From assembly GCF_001194135.2 (NCBI RefSeq), contig NC_068981.1:86810277-86857748 (forward strand): DNA of 47,472 nt, written 5' to 3'. Source of the DNA: Octopus bimaculoides (taxonomy: Eukaryota). Below are positions 1-11,785 of this stretch, in pieces; within the stretch, counting starts at the first letter, position 1; each line of letters opens with the position of its first letter. The notes beneath the pieces are model-generated. The model did not search any database and was not told the DNA's origin. It worked only from the letters and a program-made list of their open reading frames with translations. A program made the position numbers and the translations under genes.

Positions 1-64
<64 letters not shown>
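1..64. repeat. (TG)n then (TATG)n microsatellite
   Basis: Directly visible perfect dinucleotide run at the window start. Confidence 0.97.
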
Positions 65-730
65 CATTTATGTACGAGTGAGTGAACAACTATATTTAAC
101 TAGCGAGACCTATGAATATTTCACGGAAGTAATGGTAAACCTATTGGGTTATTTCTGAAAACTTTATCCAAAAAAACCCGAAAGCGTAGTCTGTGTTGTA
201 TCTGTATGAAAAGATAGTCACTCATCTGCTACTCATTGAAATGTAAAACAAATTGGAATACAGAGATTACTTAATGCACATTATTTATACACTTTATATA
301 CTTTATGCACAATTTTATAGACTTAATACCCAACACTTATAAAATAAACATGCACTCTTATTTTCCCCATAAAAATATATATCCTGTTCATATGATACAA
401 CCTTTAGTTAAATTGCATATATCTGCCACGTAAATAAGTGTGAATATTTCATGAAATTGCACTTACGCATGTGCGTTAAGTAATACGTAATATAAAAAAC
501 TTAATTAAATTTTTTTTTAAATACACTTTTCACTATCCAATCATCACGACCACCACCTCCATCTCCGCCGCCACCACCACCACCACCATCATCATCTCTC
601 GCTTCTCTCCCTCTCCCTCCTTTTTCTCTCCTCCCTCTATCCTCTTCTCTCTCTGCCTTTCTTTAACCTCACCATCAGAACATCACCCCTCTGCTACAAT
701 TATTACGTTCCTCTTACCTCACGTCATGGA

Positions 731-770
<40 letters not shown>

Positions 771-1869
771 CGTCTTTCCATCTCTCTCCCTCTCTCTGTT
801 CTCCCTCTTTCTGTCTCACTCTTCACCTTATCCTCTTTTTCTCTTTCCTTGTTCTTTCTCCTCTCTTTCAATTCAACTAATTACGTGAAAGCGTTACAAT
901 TCTTCCTCCCTCTCTTTCTCTCTTCCTCTTTTCTTTCTCCCTCTTTTTCTCTAATCACGTGAAAGCGTTACCGATGGGCTAAGTAATGCAATGACAAGCA
1001 GAATTATTAGAAGATAACAGTTTGACTCAGCTTCGCAAGATTTAAAGTTTCGTGGCCTCGTAGGACACAACCATAATCTTCGGAATATGGTTAGGTCCCT
1101 ATGGGGGAAGGAATTATAGAAACAATCATATGAAAGGTAATTATTTTTCGCATCATGAGAATCATAAAGATCAAGAGAAAGCACAGAGAAACACAGAAAT
1201 GCACACGTAATGTTTCTTATTGCTTAGATTCTATTAGTGGTATTTTTGTAAACAAAGTATCAGGGATAGAAACCATTGAGAGCTAGATTAAATGCCTTTC
1301 AGTGTTTAGTTTCGTTCGTCTTGCGGCTTATTGCATCTATGCAGAACAAAAAAATTGAGGTTATGACATTTTTGCTATTCACAGAGGAATTAATCGACTC
1401 GTACAGAGTTTAAGTCTTCAGTGTTCACCATAGTTATTACACATAAGCCAAGTCTTTTCAAGAATTTATTTCAGCTGCTTGCTATTACGAGTGTGCTAAT
1501 GTTCTAGCAGCGAGGGACTAGCGACCATCTTAATTAGATCTCTTCTTCTTTAATTATTTGTAACACAGCCAAGCTTGAAACTAAGAAAAAGCATATAAAA
1601 CAACTTAATAAATACATTTCTCGTTAGGCACAAAGCATTATTCTCGATGACAATTGCGTTGATTGCGTCTCTTTCACAAGGGTTGCATAATGAAAGTGAA
1701 TTGTTTTCACTAGTATTCAAAACCCCCAAAGTCAATCGGGCCATAAGCAGCCTACTGATTATTTTTCAGTGCTCAGCAAAATAGAAAAGAAATGATTGTG
1801 TATTTATTCTGATATTAGTACTTAACTGTTTGTAGAAAGACTTGAATCGACACCAGAGCTTGGTTGAGT

Positions 1870-3650
1870 GTTAACAAATCTCCCAGCATCATCGTATGTG
1901 GTCCGTTGATAGGGCACTATGACTGTCCACGTGAAATGTTGTGAGTCAGTCACTGGTGTTTGTCCTCAGTTACTGTGGTTCAGCTGTCAGTATCGATAGT
2001 CAATCACTTTATGTTACGGTTACTCATATCTTTGTATCTTAGACGCGTCGTGGGGAAAGGGCTCCTCTGATTTCTCGTACCATAAGACAACTGTTGCGAT
2101 CTGGTTTCATCCATTCTTTGGTCTTACCCAAACCAGCAGAAGTTTTCAGACACCGGAATCTCTTCCCTACCCTAAAACTTGATTTTTTTTGCATGTCGAT
2201 GTTTCTGGCTTTGTCTTCCCATGTAATATTTAAATTTCAGATACTCACCATAAATGCATGCTTTCGGTTTCACATATCTGTACTATATCTTCATTATTTC
2301 CGATCCACATAAGGTGTATAATAGTAATGTTCGGTACACTTTGTTCTTCATTTAGACCGACACGTTTGTTGTTACATATTCACTTTCTCAACCTTCTGAA
2401 AGCCAGCCATACTGGCCTTGCACACCTTGTCATGTAGATCGCCACTGGACCTATAATCACTTCTAGTTTGTTTTCACCAGCTTCTGTCCTTCATTTACGA
2501 TGGGCTCAAGATGTACCAAATGGCTTGAATCAGGGCTGAGGTGATAAAGAACTTTAGTCTTCCGACTATATACATTTTCCCGCTTAATTTTATGGTAGAA
2601 ACCTTAGAAACATCTATCAAGTTCTGTATGTCCTCTATACTACGAGCGACACAAGTACAATAATCAACAAACAGCATTTTCTCACTAACATATGTGTGGC
2701 CTTGGTCTGAGTTTTGATGAGCTATACCGTAAGGTTACCATCAGGCCTTATTTTTATGTATATGCATTAAATTGAATTGCAGAATACCTCCCTGAACATC
2801 ACTGATGAATAATAAGACTGACGCTGACGTCAGCAGGCATTCCTGTTTGACTCTCACTGTAATATCCAACTGAGCGTGGTCAACTGTGTCCTCTGTCTTG
2901 GGTGTAGAGTCTTTTTTGCACGATTGAACTTTTCTGAGTATCCAAACCTTTTAAGTACCTACCACAAGCACGACCAGTTTACTGCGTGGCATGCCTTTAT
3001 AATTATTCTGGTGGTATCTCGTTCATACCTAATGCTTACCTTAGAGTAATCAGCCACTAACCAATACCTACACTACACTTGAAAGACTGGTTAAAAGCCA
3101 AGTAAGAACAAAAAGGAGCAGAAACTAAATATTGTTATACATTTCTCATGAAAATGGATTTCACACACGTTGCATTGTCATGTGATGGTCATTATTCAGT
3201 TTTACACTACTATATGTATCTAAGGCGTACAACGCCTTTTTCTGCTCCACACATTTCTCCTGTATTTATTGGCGGGGAACCACAATATCAGTAATGTTTC
3301 ATTCTCTTCTGAATCCGCATTTAGTTTCAAGTAGGATCTCTACTGTGACTTTCTCATTCAATCTCTTGAACGATGCTCTTGCGAAGATCTCCCTGACTAT
3401 AGCAAATAAGAAGATTCCTTACTACTTCAAGCATTCATTCGGAATATAGGAACGATATAGGCATCTTTCAACTCTTGTGGGACGTTGCCAATCTCTCATT
3501 ATTTCAGTATCAACTAATGGAAACATATAATGAGTAAATCTTCTCTATTTTTTCACACTTCTGGTGGAATCCCGTTTGTAACTGACACCTTTCTATCTGA
3601 GAGTGACCTGGTTACGACCAACGTATTCTTCACACTTGAAAGAATGGTGA
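1870..3650 (-). mobile_element. Degenerate RTE-clade (BovB-like) LINE reverse transcriptase region, interrupted at about 3002-3223
   Basis: Manual minus-strand translation gives RTE motifs in order, with stops and frameshifts: KVSVTNGIPPEV (KAPGPDGIPPEV), EIGNVPQELKDAYIVPIF, ETKCGFRRE, IQEKCVEQ, KACHAVNWSCLW*VLKRFGYSEKF (KAFDTVNR.GLW), RVKQEC (GVKQGC), MLFVDYC (LLFADDC), RLRYKD near the 3' end. Confidence 0.85.
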
Positions 3651-3715
3651 AAAGCAAGGTAAGCTCCGGTAATATTTGAACTTGAAGCGTAGAGAGTAAA
3701 ACCTAAATACTATTA
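3650..3715 (-). mobile_element. SINE-family-B-like head (B-box region) fused to RTE body
   Basis: Minus strand GTATTT..CTACGCTTCAAGTTCAAATATTACCGGAGCTTACCTTGCTTTTCACC aligns to the SINE at 11885 (GTATTT..CTACGTTCTGAGTTCAAATTCCGCCGGAGTCGACTTTGTCTTTCATCC). Confidence 0.65.
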
Positions 3716-4370
3716 TACTTCTCTTATAAAAACAAAATGCCTTACGTACAATAGCACATGCTCACATGTTTCATAGTTATTTGAATTATATTCTGAATAT
3801 ACCGTGTACATATTTTATTCATTTCAAAGAGCTGAATTAAAGTTAACTTCAGCAGGTGTCACATATGCAGCTGTTGTGAAGAATTCAGTCCTTCCTTCCG
3901 AAATGCACTAAAAACGTTTGAAAAAGAAATCCCATTTTTAAACGATTTGGAGTGCACTAAATCCCACTTTTTCCTTCGAGGGCTTATATACCCCAATATT
4001 AGACTATTTACTTTAGTCAATACACGGTGATCTTTTATAAGCTTTAAGCTTATAGTTATTATGGTTATTGTTATTTAAAGAATTGTCAATCGTCACCGCT
4101 TCTCCATTTAACGCAGAAACCGCATGTTTGGCTGTTTAAGAACACTATGAAGTTATAGCTCTTAAATTTAACAGGAAGGAGGGAGTGGGTAAGTTGGTGT
4201 AATCGGTTAGCGTACTTATCGCGAATATAAGAGGTGTGGGTTTGTCTTCCGTGCGCACTATCACCGACCTTTTTCCGTAGAGGGGGTGGGGGGCTAATAT
4301 GCTTCAAAATAGACTATTTTCTTTAACCAAAACATGTTGATCACTTTTAAGCTTATTATTATTTAGAGAT

Positions 4371-4465
4371 GCGTGGCACTTTGGGAAAGTGTCTTCTACT
4401 ATAGCCTCGGGCCGACCAAAGCCTTGTGAGTGGATTCGGTAGACGGAAACTGAAAGAAGCCTGTC

Positions 4466-4518
<53 letters not shown>

Positions 4519-4711
4519 CATGTGTGTGTGTCCCCACCATCGCTTGACAACTGATGCTGGTGTGTTTACGTCCCCGTAATTAGCGGTTCGGCAAAAGGAA
4601 CCGATAAAATAAGTACTAGGCTTACAAATAATAAGTCCTGGGGTCGATTTGTTCGACTAAAGGTGGTGCTCCAGCATGGCCGCTGTCAAATGATTGAAAC
4701 AAGTAAAAGAA
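4371..4711 (+). mobile_element. tRNA-derived SINE family A, 5'-truncated, with internal (AT)n tract
   Basis: High identity to copies at 19481-19911 and 45062-45430 (GCCTCGGGCCGACCAAAGCC...GGTGCTCCAGCATGGCCG...GAAACAAGTAAAAG). Confidence 0.9.
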
Positions 4712-5129
4712 TATACATTTATGTACCTATCCATCTACCCAAACATATGTGTGTGTATGTTCTGGATATGACCTTAAACTATATCCAATAGTGGGGCTCT
4801 GGTTCGAGAGTTCCATGGTGTTTCGAGGAATATGGAATCACTTGTTAGTCACCATTGTTCCCAGCTATGGGTTTGACTAGCATATGAAATGACAATCCTT
4901 CTGAGTGCAGGACGCAGAATTACCCATTTTTGGTGTCAGGGCACGCAATTAAACCATCGGGAGCGTGTTGTTGTAGCTGTTGTTATAGCAACCTTCTAAG
5001 AGAGAGACGCTTTGATGTAAAACCAGCAGTTTCATGTGATATCTGGTCATATCGTTTCGGCTTGTCACTAGGTACTAATCGCGGAGACTCAAAGAGTAGT
5101 AATCGAATTGTACAAGCGTTTATCGCTAT

Positions 5130-5550
5130 AATCCAATGACGCACGGACGTCTCTTAATGGTGACCTCATTTGTCATTCCATCAACTGAAAGTCCTGTTGC
5201 GATGGAAGAGTGGCGACGTGTGTAGACCTAATCGGTTGGAAGCGTACAGTAAGTTACAACTTTCATCTGCCACCTAAGCTTCAAACCATGCAGAGCAATG
5301 GCAAAACTGAACAGTCGTCTGAGAGGTGATGAGCGGAAAGTCAGAAATGCCATTGACAACAAAGAAACACAAGGAGACGGTAATCGTCTGTGATGATAGA
5401 ACAACTACATTGTTTTTGTAAAGATCAAGTTGTTTGGGACAATCGCCTATTAGTTTGTTCAACCGTACCGAGAGGAGAAACTCACAGTCCCAATTAATAT
5501 GATATTTACAATAAATTTGATAACTACCATTATACAGAGACACCGACAGT
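5130..5550 (-). mobile_element. Probable CR1/L2-group LINE 3' fragment, highly degenerate
   Basis: Minus-strand translation (VSLCFFVVNGISDFPLI...FHRNRTFS*WN) weakly resembles the C-terminal end of CR1/L2 ORF2. Confidence 0.35.
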
Positions 5551-5574
5551 TGTTATTCTTGAAATTGCTTTAAA

Positions 5575-6200
5575 ATATGTCCGTCTGTCTGTCTGTCTTT
5601 CTATCGATCTGTCCGTCTGTATATCTATCTATCTATCTATCTATATATCTATCTATCTATGGATCGATCGATCTGTCTGTCTGTCTGTCTGTATGTATGT
5701 ATGTATGTTTTTTTTTGTGTGTTTGCCGGCCTGTCTATGTATATTTTCTATTAATTCTCTTCAATGTAGTTCAATCGATGTTGACGTCTCTCAAAATCAG
5801 TACACAGTGCACAATAGAAATGTAGAAGTTTATATAATTTCATTTTTTTTGTAGGACTTGGCACGGTTATTGTTTCAACCTACAAGAGGTTGAAACAATC
5901 ATAGTAATATGTCTTAAATAAAGACTATCCATCTACCTACCTACCTACCTACCTACCTACCTACCTACCTACCTACCTATCTATCTATCTATCTACTTTT
6001 CTACCCAACTATTTATCTTTTTAACTACCCCTTCGCTTCTTTTTACCCATGTATGTATGTATGTATGTATGTATGTATGTATGGATAGATGGATGGATGC
6101 ATGCATGCATGCATGCATACAATCGAATAGATAACCTGAAAGGCAGAAACATGTATGTGTGTGCGCACGTGCATGTGTGTGTGTGTGTGTGTGTGTGTAC
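5575..6200. repeat. Compound microsatellite field (TCTG, TCTA, CTAC, TATG, TG)
   Basis: Directly visible tetra- and dinucleotide arrays. Confidence 0.92.
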
Positions 6201-6357
6201 ACACATGCGCGCACACACATTTTTTTGCCTTTCACGTTATGTATGCGAGTGTTACACTTGAAACGATCTTAGACATAATCTGAATACTTAATACACTAAA
6301 ACAATATTATGAACATCTAATACTTTAAGCATCAAAATAGAAATAAATCACTTATAA

Positions 6358-8520
6358 CAGGGGTGGCCAAACTTACTTAAAGTAAGAGCCACATTTGATA
6401 AAGTCCAGATGTTTGAGAACAGCAAGACATGAAAAAAAATTTACACATGTTTTTGTCTCATACACTTTTTGTTCCAAAAATTCTATATATATGTATATTA
6501 AGAAATGCATGTATGCAATAATATTTACTCATGTATGCAGTTTTTTAAACTGTTAATCTGTATTAGTTTCAGTAGTCACGAAATACATATATACCAATGT
6601 TTTCAAAATCTTGACTGATGATTGTTTTAACTATACTGAACATATTTAATATAGTAATGAACTTCAGGAACTTTTAAGAAAAATTTGCATTTTAGTAACA
6701 TAAAATTAGATTGCCAAAAATAACACTAAAAAGGGAAAAATATTATACTTTTAATCATATTTGTTTGTCTTAGTAAATATGTGGTCAAAACACGGAGGAA
6801 TGACAAACAGACAATGCTACAAATATCAGGCTATTAATAGCGATATTTACGTCTAATAGAGGTCTTGTGGATCCCCATCTTGGCTGTGAATTGTTGAAAA
6901 TCTGGCTGATATGTTGTCAAAGCTGTACAAATTAGCTACATCAGGTGTTGGTTTGTAAGAATTGCACGATTCTTCGATTTCACAAACTTCATTGCAGAGC
7001 ACAGGGATTCACAACAGTATGTTCTGCTGAAAATTGAGATGAGTCGCACACTAGTTTTCTTCAGTTTAGGATATTTCATTTCTGGAACTTGTTTCCAGAA
7101 CTCAATTGAAGACAAGGATTTATGGATCATCTTTAGACCCAAGTCCTCCTGTAATTCCATTATTTCCATTTTCAAAGCAAATGATTTCGTAACCAGAGGT
7201 TCGAAAATTGGACATCCATCATTGACCACATCAATCATAAATGGATTTACAAGAAAGGCGAAACAGGGATGCAACTTCCGCAAGTCATCGAACCTGGGTA
7301 GGAAATTATCAAGCAGTCCTTGTAATTTATCTTTGTATTCTTCCAGTTTGTATCTTGTATTTCAATATCAGGGAATATATTTACTCTCCTACTGAGATTG
7401 GGAAAGTGACTGAAGTTTCTGACAAAATGTCTCTTTAAAAAATTCTTATTTTATTCTGAAAGTTGAAAATTGTCTGAGTAAGATCAGAAATAATCTTATT
7501 CTTCTCCTGGAGTGCCAAGTTGAGGCTTTGTAGATGATTCATTATACCAGTAAGGAACACCAGATCTTGCATCCATTCATCATTTTCCAGTTGAGGACAG
7601 GAATAATAGGCTCCAACAGATTAACAAACCTACTCAAGACATTGCTGGTTCACAGCTACCTCACAATCTAGTAGAAAGAGACATCACTGAGTTTATATTC
7701 AAGCTCTAGTTCTTCAATAAAATTTCTGAACTGTCGGTGAGTCTTCCCATTTAAGCGTATGAAATTGACAGTTTCAATGACAAATTTCATAACATCTCCG
7801 TACTTGAAGTATCTTGCTGTCAGGTGTTCACGATGAATAATGCAATGAACAGGGAGAAAGTCTGGAAAGCTGGGATCATTTTTCATAAGTGCAATTAATC
7901 CTACATTTTCCCACCATTGCAGGTGCTCCATCTGTTGCAACATTGACGAGTTTATTCAGTGGAACATCAGCATTTGTTAAAGTTCTGTCAAGTGCATTTT
8001 CAATGTCAACACAACAAGTTGTTTGTTTTAATGCCACTAAGTCCAACATCTTTTCTTTCACAGTTACATCAGAGGAAACATAACGAATAAATACTGCCAG
8101 TTGTGGGTTGTCTTGTAGGTCTGTTGATTCATCAAGAGCCAAGCTGGATGCAAGAGAATTTTAAAAGTCATTTTGCATTTTGCCTGCAACATCAGCACTG
8201 ATCTGAGAGATACACTTCTCCGTAGTGTGGCGTGAAACTGGTGTTTGTGCTATTAGTCACAGAAGTCTTGTGTTATTTGGATCTAACACTACAACAACTT
8301 CAGCTATGTTCTTAACAAACTCGCTTTCAGAATATGGGCGTTTAGTGTGAGCAATATTCCAAGACAAAACAAAACTGGCTTCAGTCGTTGTATCAACTTC
8401 CTTATTGAACGTTTTCAAAAGTGTCCGCTGGCTATTTAGTGATGATTTTAACACAGCTAACTTGTTTTCCTTAATTCTGATTTAGATGGATAATCATACT
8501 GCTCTTGTTTACTATCCTTC
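6358..8520 (-). mobile_element. hAT (Charlie/SPIN-like, GTF2IRD2/EPM2AIP1-type) DNA transposon, 5'-truncated, frameshifted transposase
   Basis: ORF pieces 8257-8454, 7876-8142, 7668-7943 and 6936-7283 carry ALDESTD, VATDGAPAMVG, VHCIIHREHL and FSRTYCCESLCSAMKFVKSKNRAILT. TIR-like end CAGGGGTGGCCAAACT at 6358, preceded by the TA-centred 8-mer ACTTATAA typical of Charlie targets. The other TIR was not found. Confidence 0.93.
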
Positions 8521-9182
8521 GCAAGAAATCAGAATTTTGGGAAATATGGTGCATTTTTGATAATGCAGATAACTACGAATTTAATCAATGCATATGCAAA
8601 GAATCGTTCTATATGATATTCCTTTAATTTGATGGCTTCTGTTCAAAATATGTGTACCTAAATTTACAAAAAAAAAAAAAACGAAGAAAAAAAAACGAAA
8701 AAGAAAAGAAAATTTTGTAAATCAGTTAATGCTGTATGTGCTGTATTCTGATAAACTTCTGCTATATGTAGCAAATTACATTCAAAGTTTTCTGAGTAGC
8801 TGAAGAACAGTGGTAATTTTTTTCTGATTAGGAACAATTATGTCAGAGGAAGTCTACATGAAGATTTCAAAACATTTACCTGTTTACTTAAGAGAACAAT
8901 AAAATGTTTGCTTGTTAACTCAAACTCCACAGCTGATACTTTTAGATAACTAACCATAAAATCATCTACAATACGCATGTTTCGGATATTATGAATTATA
9001 AGTTCTATATAAATATATATCAAAATAATAAACTGTTTTCTATTATCTTTAGTGAGTGTTTGACGGACAACTGAAACTGCTGTCGTCATTTAATTTGCCG
9101 TAGTACGTCAGCTGGGTGTTGATTAATTACTTTGAGATATTGATTGCTACTGGAAACGTCTAATAGAAAGTTTAATAGAAAT

Positions 9183-9410
9183 GCGGCGAGCTGGCAGAAA
9201 CGTTAGCACACCAGGTGAAATGCTTAGCGGTATTTCGTCTGCCGCTACGTTCTGAGTTCAAATTCCGCCAAGGTCGACTTTACCTTTCGGGGTCGATTAA
9301 ATAAGTACCAGTTACGCACTGGAGTCGATATAATCGATTTAATCTGTTTGTCTGTCCTAGTTTATCTCTTCTGTGTGTAGCCCCTTTTGTGCAGTAAAGA
9401 AATAAGAAAT
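9183..9410 (+). mobile_element. tRNA-derived SINE family B
   Basis: GGCGAGCTGGCAGAAACGTTAGCAC...GAGTTCAAATTCCGCC (B-box-like); matches copies at 10416, 11885 and 36248. Confidence 0.9.
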
Positions 9411-9762
9411 GTGGGTCTCTACAGAGTTGCTCAACCTTTTGGAAATCGCAGCTAAATCGCTAAACCTTTAGGATAACGCCGTTCTAAGTACATACTTTAA
9501 ACAAAGTTCGGAGACTTTAGGTTTTGAACAGCTTTGATAATAAATCAGGGCTTGCCTACAAAAACAAGAATGTCTTACAAAGAGGGAAAGTGAAGGGAAA
9601 TAGGTAAAAAGTGAAACATATTTTTGTTCTAGATTCAGTCCCCCAGTAAATCATCATCATCGTCAACATCACCGTCGTTGTTGTATTTAGATTGGACAGA
9701 AGTGTTCGTTACCCTCTTTTTGGTAACTATTATTGTTATTGTTGTTGTTGTTGTTGTTGTTG

Positions 9763-9811
<49 letters not shown>

Positions 9812-9812
<1 letters not shown>

Positions 9813-10333
9813 GAGTGAGAGAGGAGTGCATGCCATCAAAGTGACACGGGTAAAATATACGAAGCCGTCTGATAAGGGTACACCAGGCACATGCATCATA
9901 ACCATATGTGCGCGACATGGTGATCTCATATCAAGATAAACAACGCATGATCTCGCAGATGGGGCCCAGTTAGAATTTTCTTCAGGTCGGATAGCCCATC
10001 CCGCTCAAAAGGTCCCTGAATAAGGTTTGTTTAAGGATGTTGAGCAAAACACCTATGTTTCCAAAGGTGAATTATTCAAACCCCAAAGAATTCCTCTCAA
10101 CACAGAATTCCCCCACTGCTTCTGCTCGTGATCAGAGATGCACATATCGTCAGCCACCAAGGGACATGCTCAACTGGTTAAGGTCAAACAACTGACAAGC
10201 AAATCTGTGGTATTGAGCAGAATATTTGCTGTAGTCCATCTTTTATACCAAAACAAAACAATGTACATGATACCACTTCCAATCAATTAAGATCAGAAGC
10301 CATGAGAGCCACTGCCTGGTACTGCATCCGGGC

Positions 10334-10335
<2 letters not shown>
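9812..10335 (-). mobile_element. About 520-bp non-coding interspersed element bounded on both sides by (TTA)n tracts
   Basis: GC-richer unique block between (TTG/TTA)n 9727-9811 and (TTA)n 10335-10363; no TE ORF. The minus-strand 3' end is GTGTCACTTTGATGG...CACTCAATAATAAT. I recognise it as a repeated octopus sequence but cannot verify copy number here. Confidence 0.6.
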
Positions 10336-10366
<31 letters not shown>

Positions 10367-10415
10367 TCATTTACTCATACAGATTGTTCATTTTCAAAAT
10401 GAAATGATATTATAA

Positions 10416-10622
10416 CGCAGTGAGCTGGCAGAATCATTAGCACGCCCAGAAAAATGCTTAGTGCATTTCGTCCGTCTTTACATTTTGAATTCAAATTCCG
10501 CCGAGGTCGACTTTGCTTTTTATCCTTTCTGGGTCGATAAAATAAGTACCATTTGAGTACTGGGGTTGATGTAACCGACTTAGTTTCTCCCCCGAACTTG
10601 TTGGCCTTGTTCCAAAACTTCA
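10416..10622 (+). mobile_element. tRNA-derived SINE family B
   Basis: GTGAGCTGGCAGAATCATTAGCACGCC...TTCAAATTCCGCCGAGGTCGACTTTGC; homologous to the other B copies. Confidence 0.9.
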
Positions 10623-10625
10623 AAC

Positions 10626-11341
10626 TATTATTATTGAAAACTATCAGCTTATTTTGGTGGGTATAATCGAAAGAGCTGCCCACAGCCAGCAGATTAAGGT
10701 GACACTGTTTACTGATCATGCTTCAAGAACTCTGCGGAGAACTTTTGCTGTCCCAAGCAATGCTGATTTTATTAGGCGCTCTATTTTTATATTTGTACCA
10801 ATCTTTTTAAGCCACGTTGGTAGTTGAGCGCTAATACTTCCAAGCGTGCCGGTCACTATTGCTATCACGTCCACTCTCTTCATTGCCCACAACCTGCGTA
10901 TTTCCACTTCAATTCATCATAGTTGTTCATTTTTTTCCTCTCTTTCTCTTCGATCCTGTTGTCACCAGGGCATGGTATGTCAATTATCAGGTATGTTTTA
11001 TCTTTTCTGTTCACCACAACAAAGTCAGGTTTCCGATGCCTAATCTGATGGTCACACAGAATCATTGCAGCCTACAGGATTTTACGATCTTCATTCTCAG
11101 TAACTCCCTCTGGGATTTGGTCATACTACGCCTTTGATCTCTCTAGGCCATAATTTCTACAGAGTTCCCAGTGGATCATTGTGATGCTACCTTTTGTAAA
11201 CGCGTTGTGCCAATTTCGAACATTCAGTAATAATGTGCTATACTGCTTCACTTCTTTCACATTTTGCATTTGCCGTTATCAATTCTGCACTTCATATCGT
11301 TTGTTCTCAATACTTGTTCGTGTGCCGCGCATATAAGTGCT
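10626..11341 (-). mobile_element. R4/Dong-like non-LTR retrotransposon 3' end (CCHC knuckle + restriction-like endonuclease + 3' UTR)
   Basis: Translation: LICAAHEQVLRTN, a CKM..EAV*HIITEC knuckle remnant, HRKPDFVVVNRKDKTYLIIDIPCPGD (PD..D), EIRRLWAMKRVDVIAIVTGTLG...KSALLGTAKVLRRVLEA*; ends in (AAT)3. Confidence 0.9.
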
Positions 11342-11349
11342 TTTATTAC

Positions 11350-11418
<69 letters not shown>

Positions 11419-11654
11419 GTGATGAAACCTCACAGCTTATTTTGCTGGGTATGATGAATAGTGTAGACTGTCCACAGCCAGCAGATTAAGGTGACATTTG
11501 TCTACTGATCATGCTTCAAGAACCCTGCGAAGAATTCTTGTAGCTCCAAACAATGCTGATTTTTGTAGGTGTTCTACCTTCACACTTACGCCAATCTTTT
11601 TTAGCCATGTTGATAGTTGAGTGCTAATATTTCCAAGTGCACCACTCACAATCA

Positions 11655-11655
<1 letters not shown>
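11419..11655 (-). mobile_element. Second, shorter R4/Dong-like 3' fragment
   Basis: GALGNISTQLSTWLKKIGVSVKVEHLQKSALFGATRILRRVLEA* plus the same 3' UTR (GTCACCTTAATCTGCTGGCTGTGG); (TAA)n on both sides. Confidence 0.9.
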
Positions 11656-11703
<48 letters not shown>

Positions 11704-11704
11704 G

Positions 11705-11785
<81 letters not shown>

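Noticed and set aside
3002-3660. Two apparent paralogous plus-strand exons (SGGI...TLER.VKS followed by GTAAG donors), superficially TIR-domain-like
   Set aside because: They are the antisense reading of the RTE KAPGPDGIPPE region and the SINE-like head; no valid acceptors, and one copy is frameshifted.
3827-3911. Short open frame AELKLTSAGVTYAAVVKNSVLPSEMH*
   Set aside because: No phase-compatible upstream exon once the above were explained; too short to support.
6936-8454. Host gene GTF2IRD2 / EPM2AIP1 / ZBED-like
   Set aside because: Multiple frameshifts, no introns and an adjacent TIR indicate a dead transposon, not a domesticated gene.
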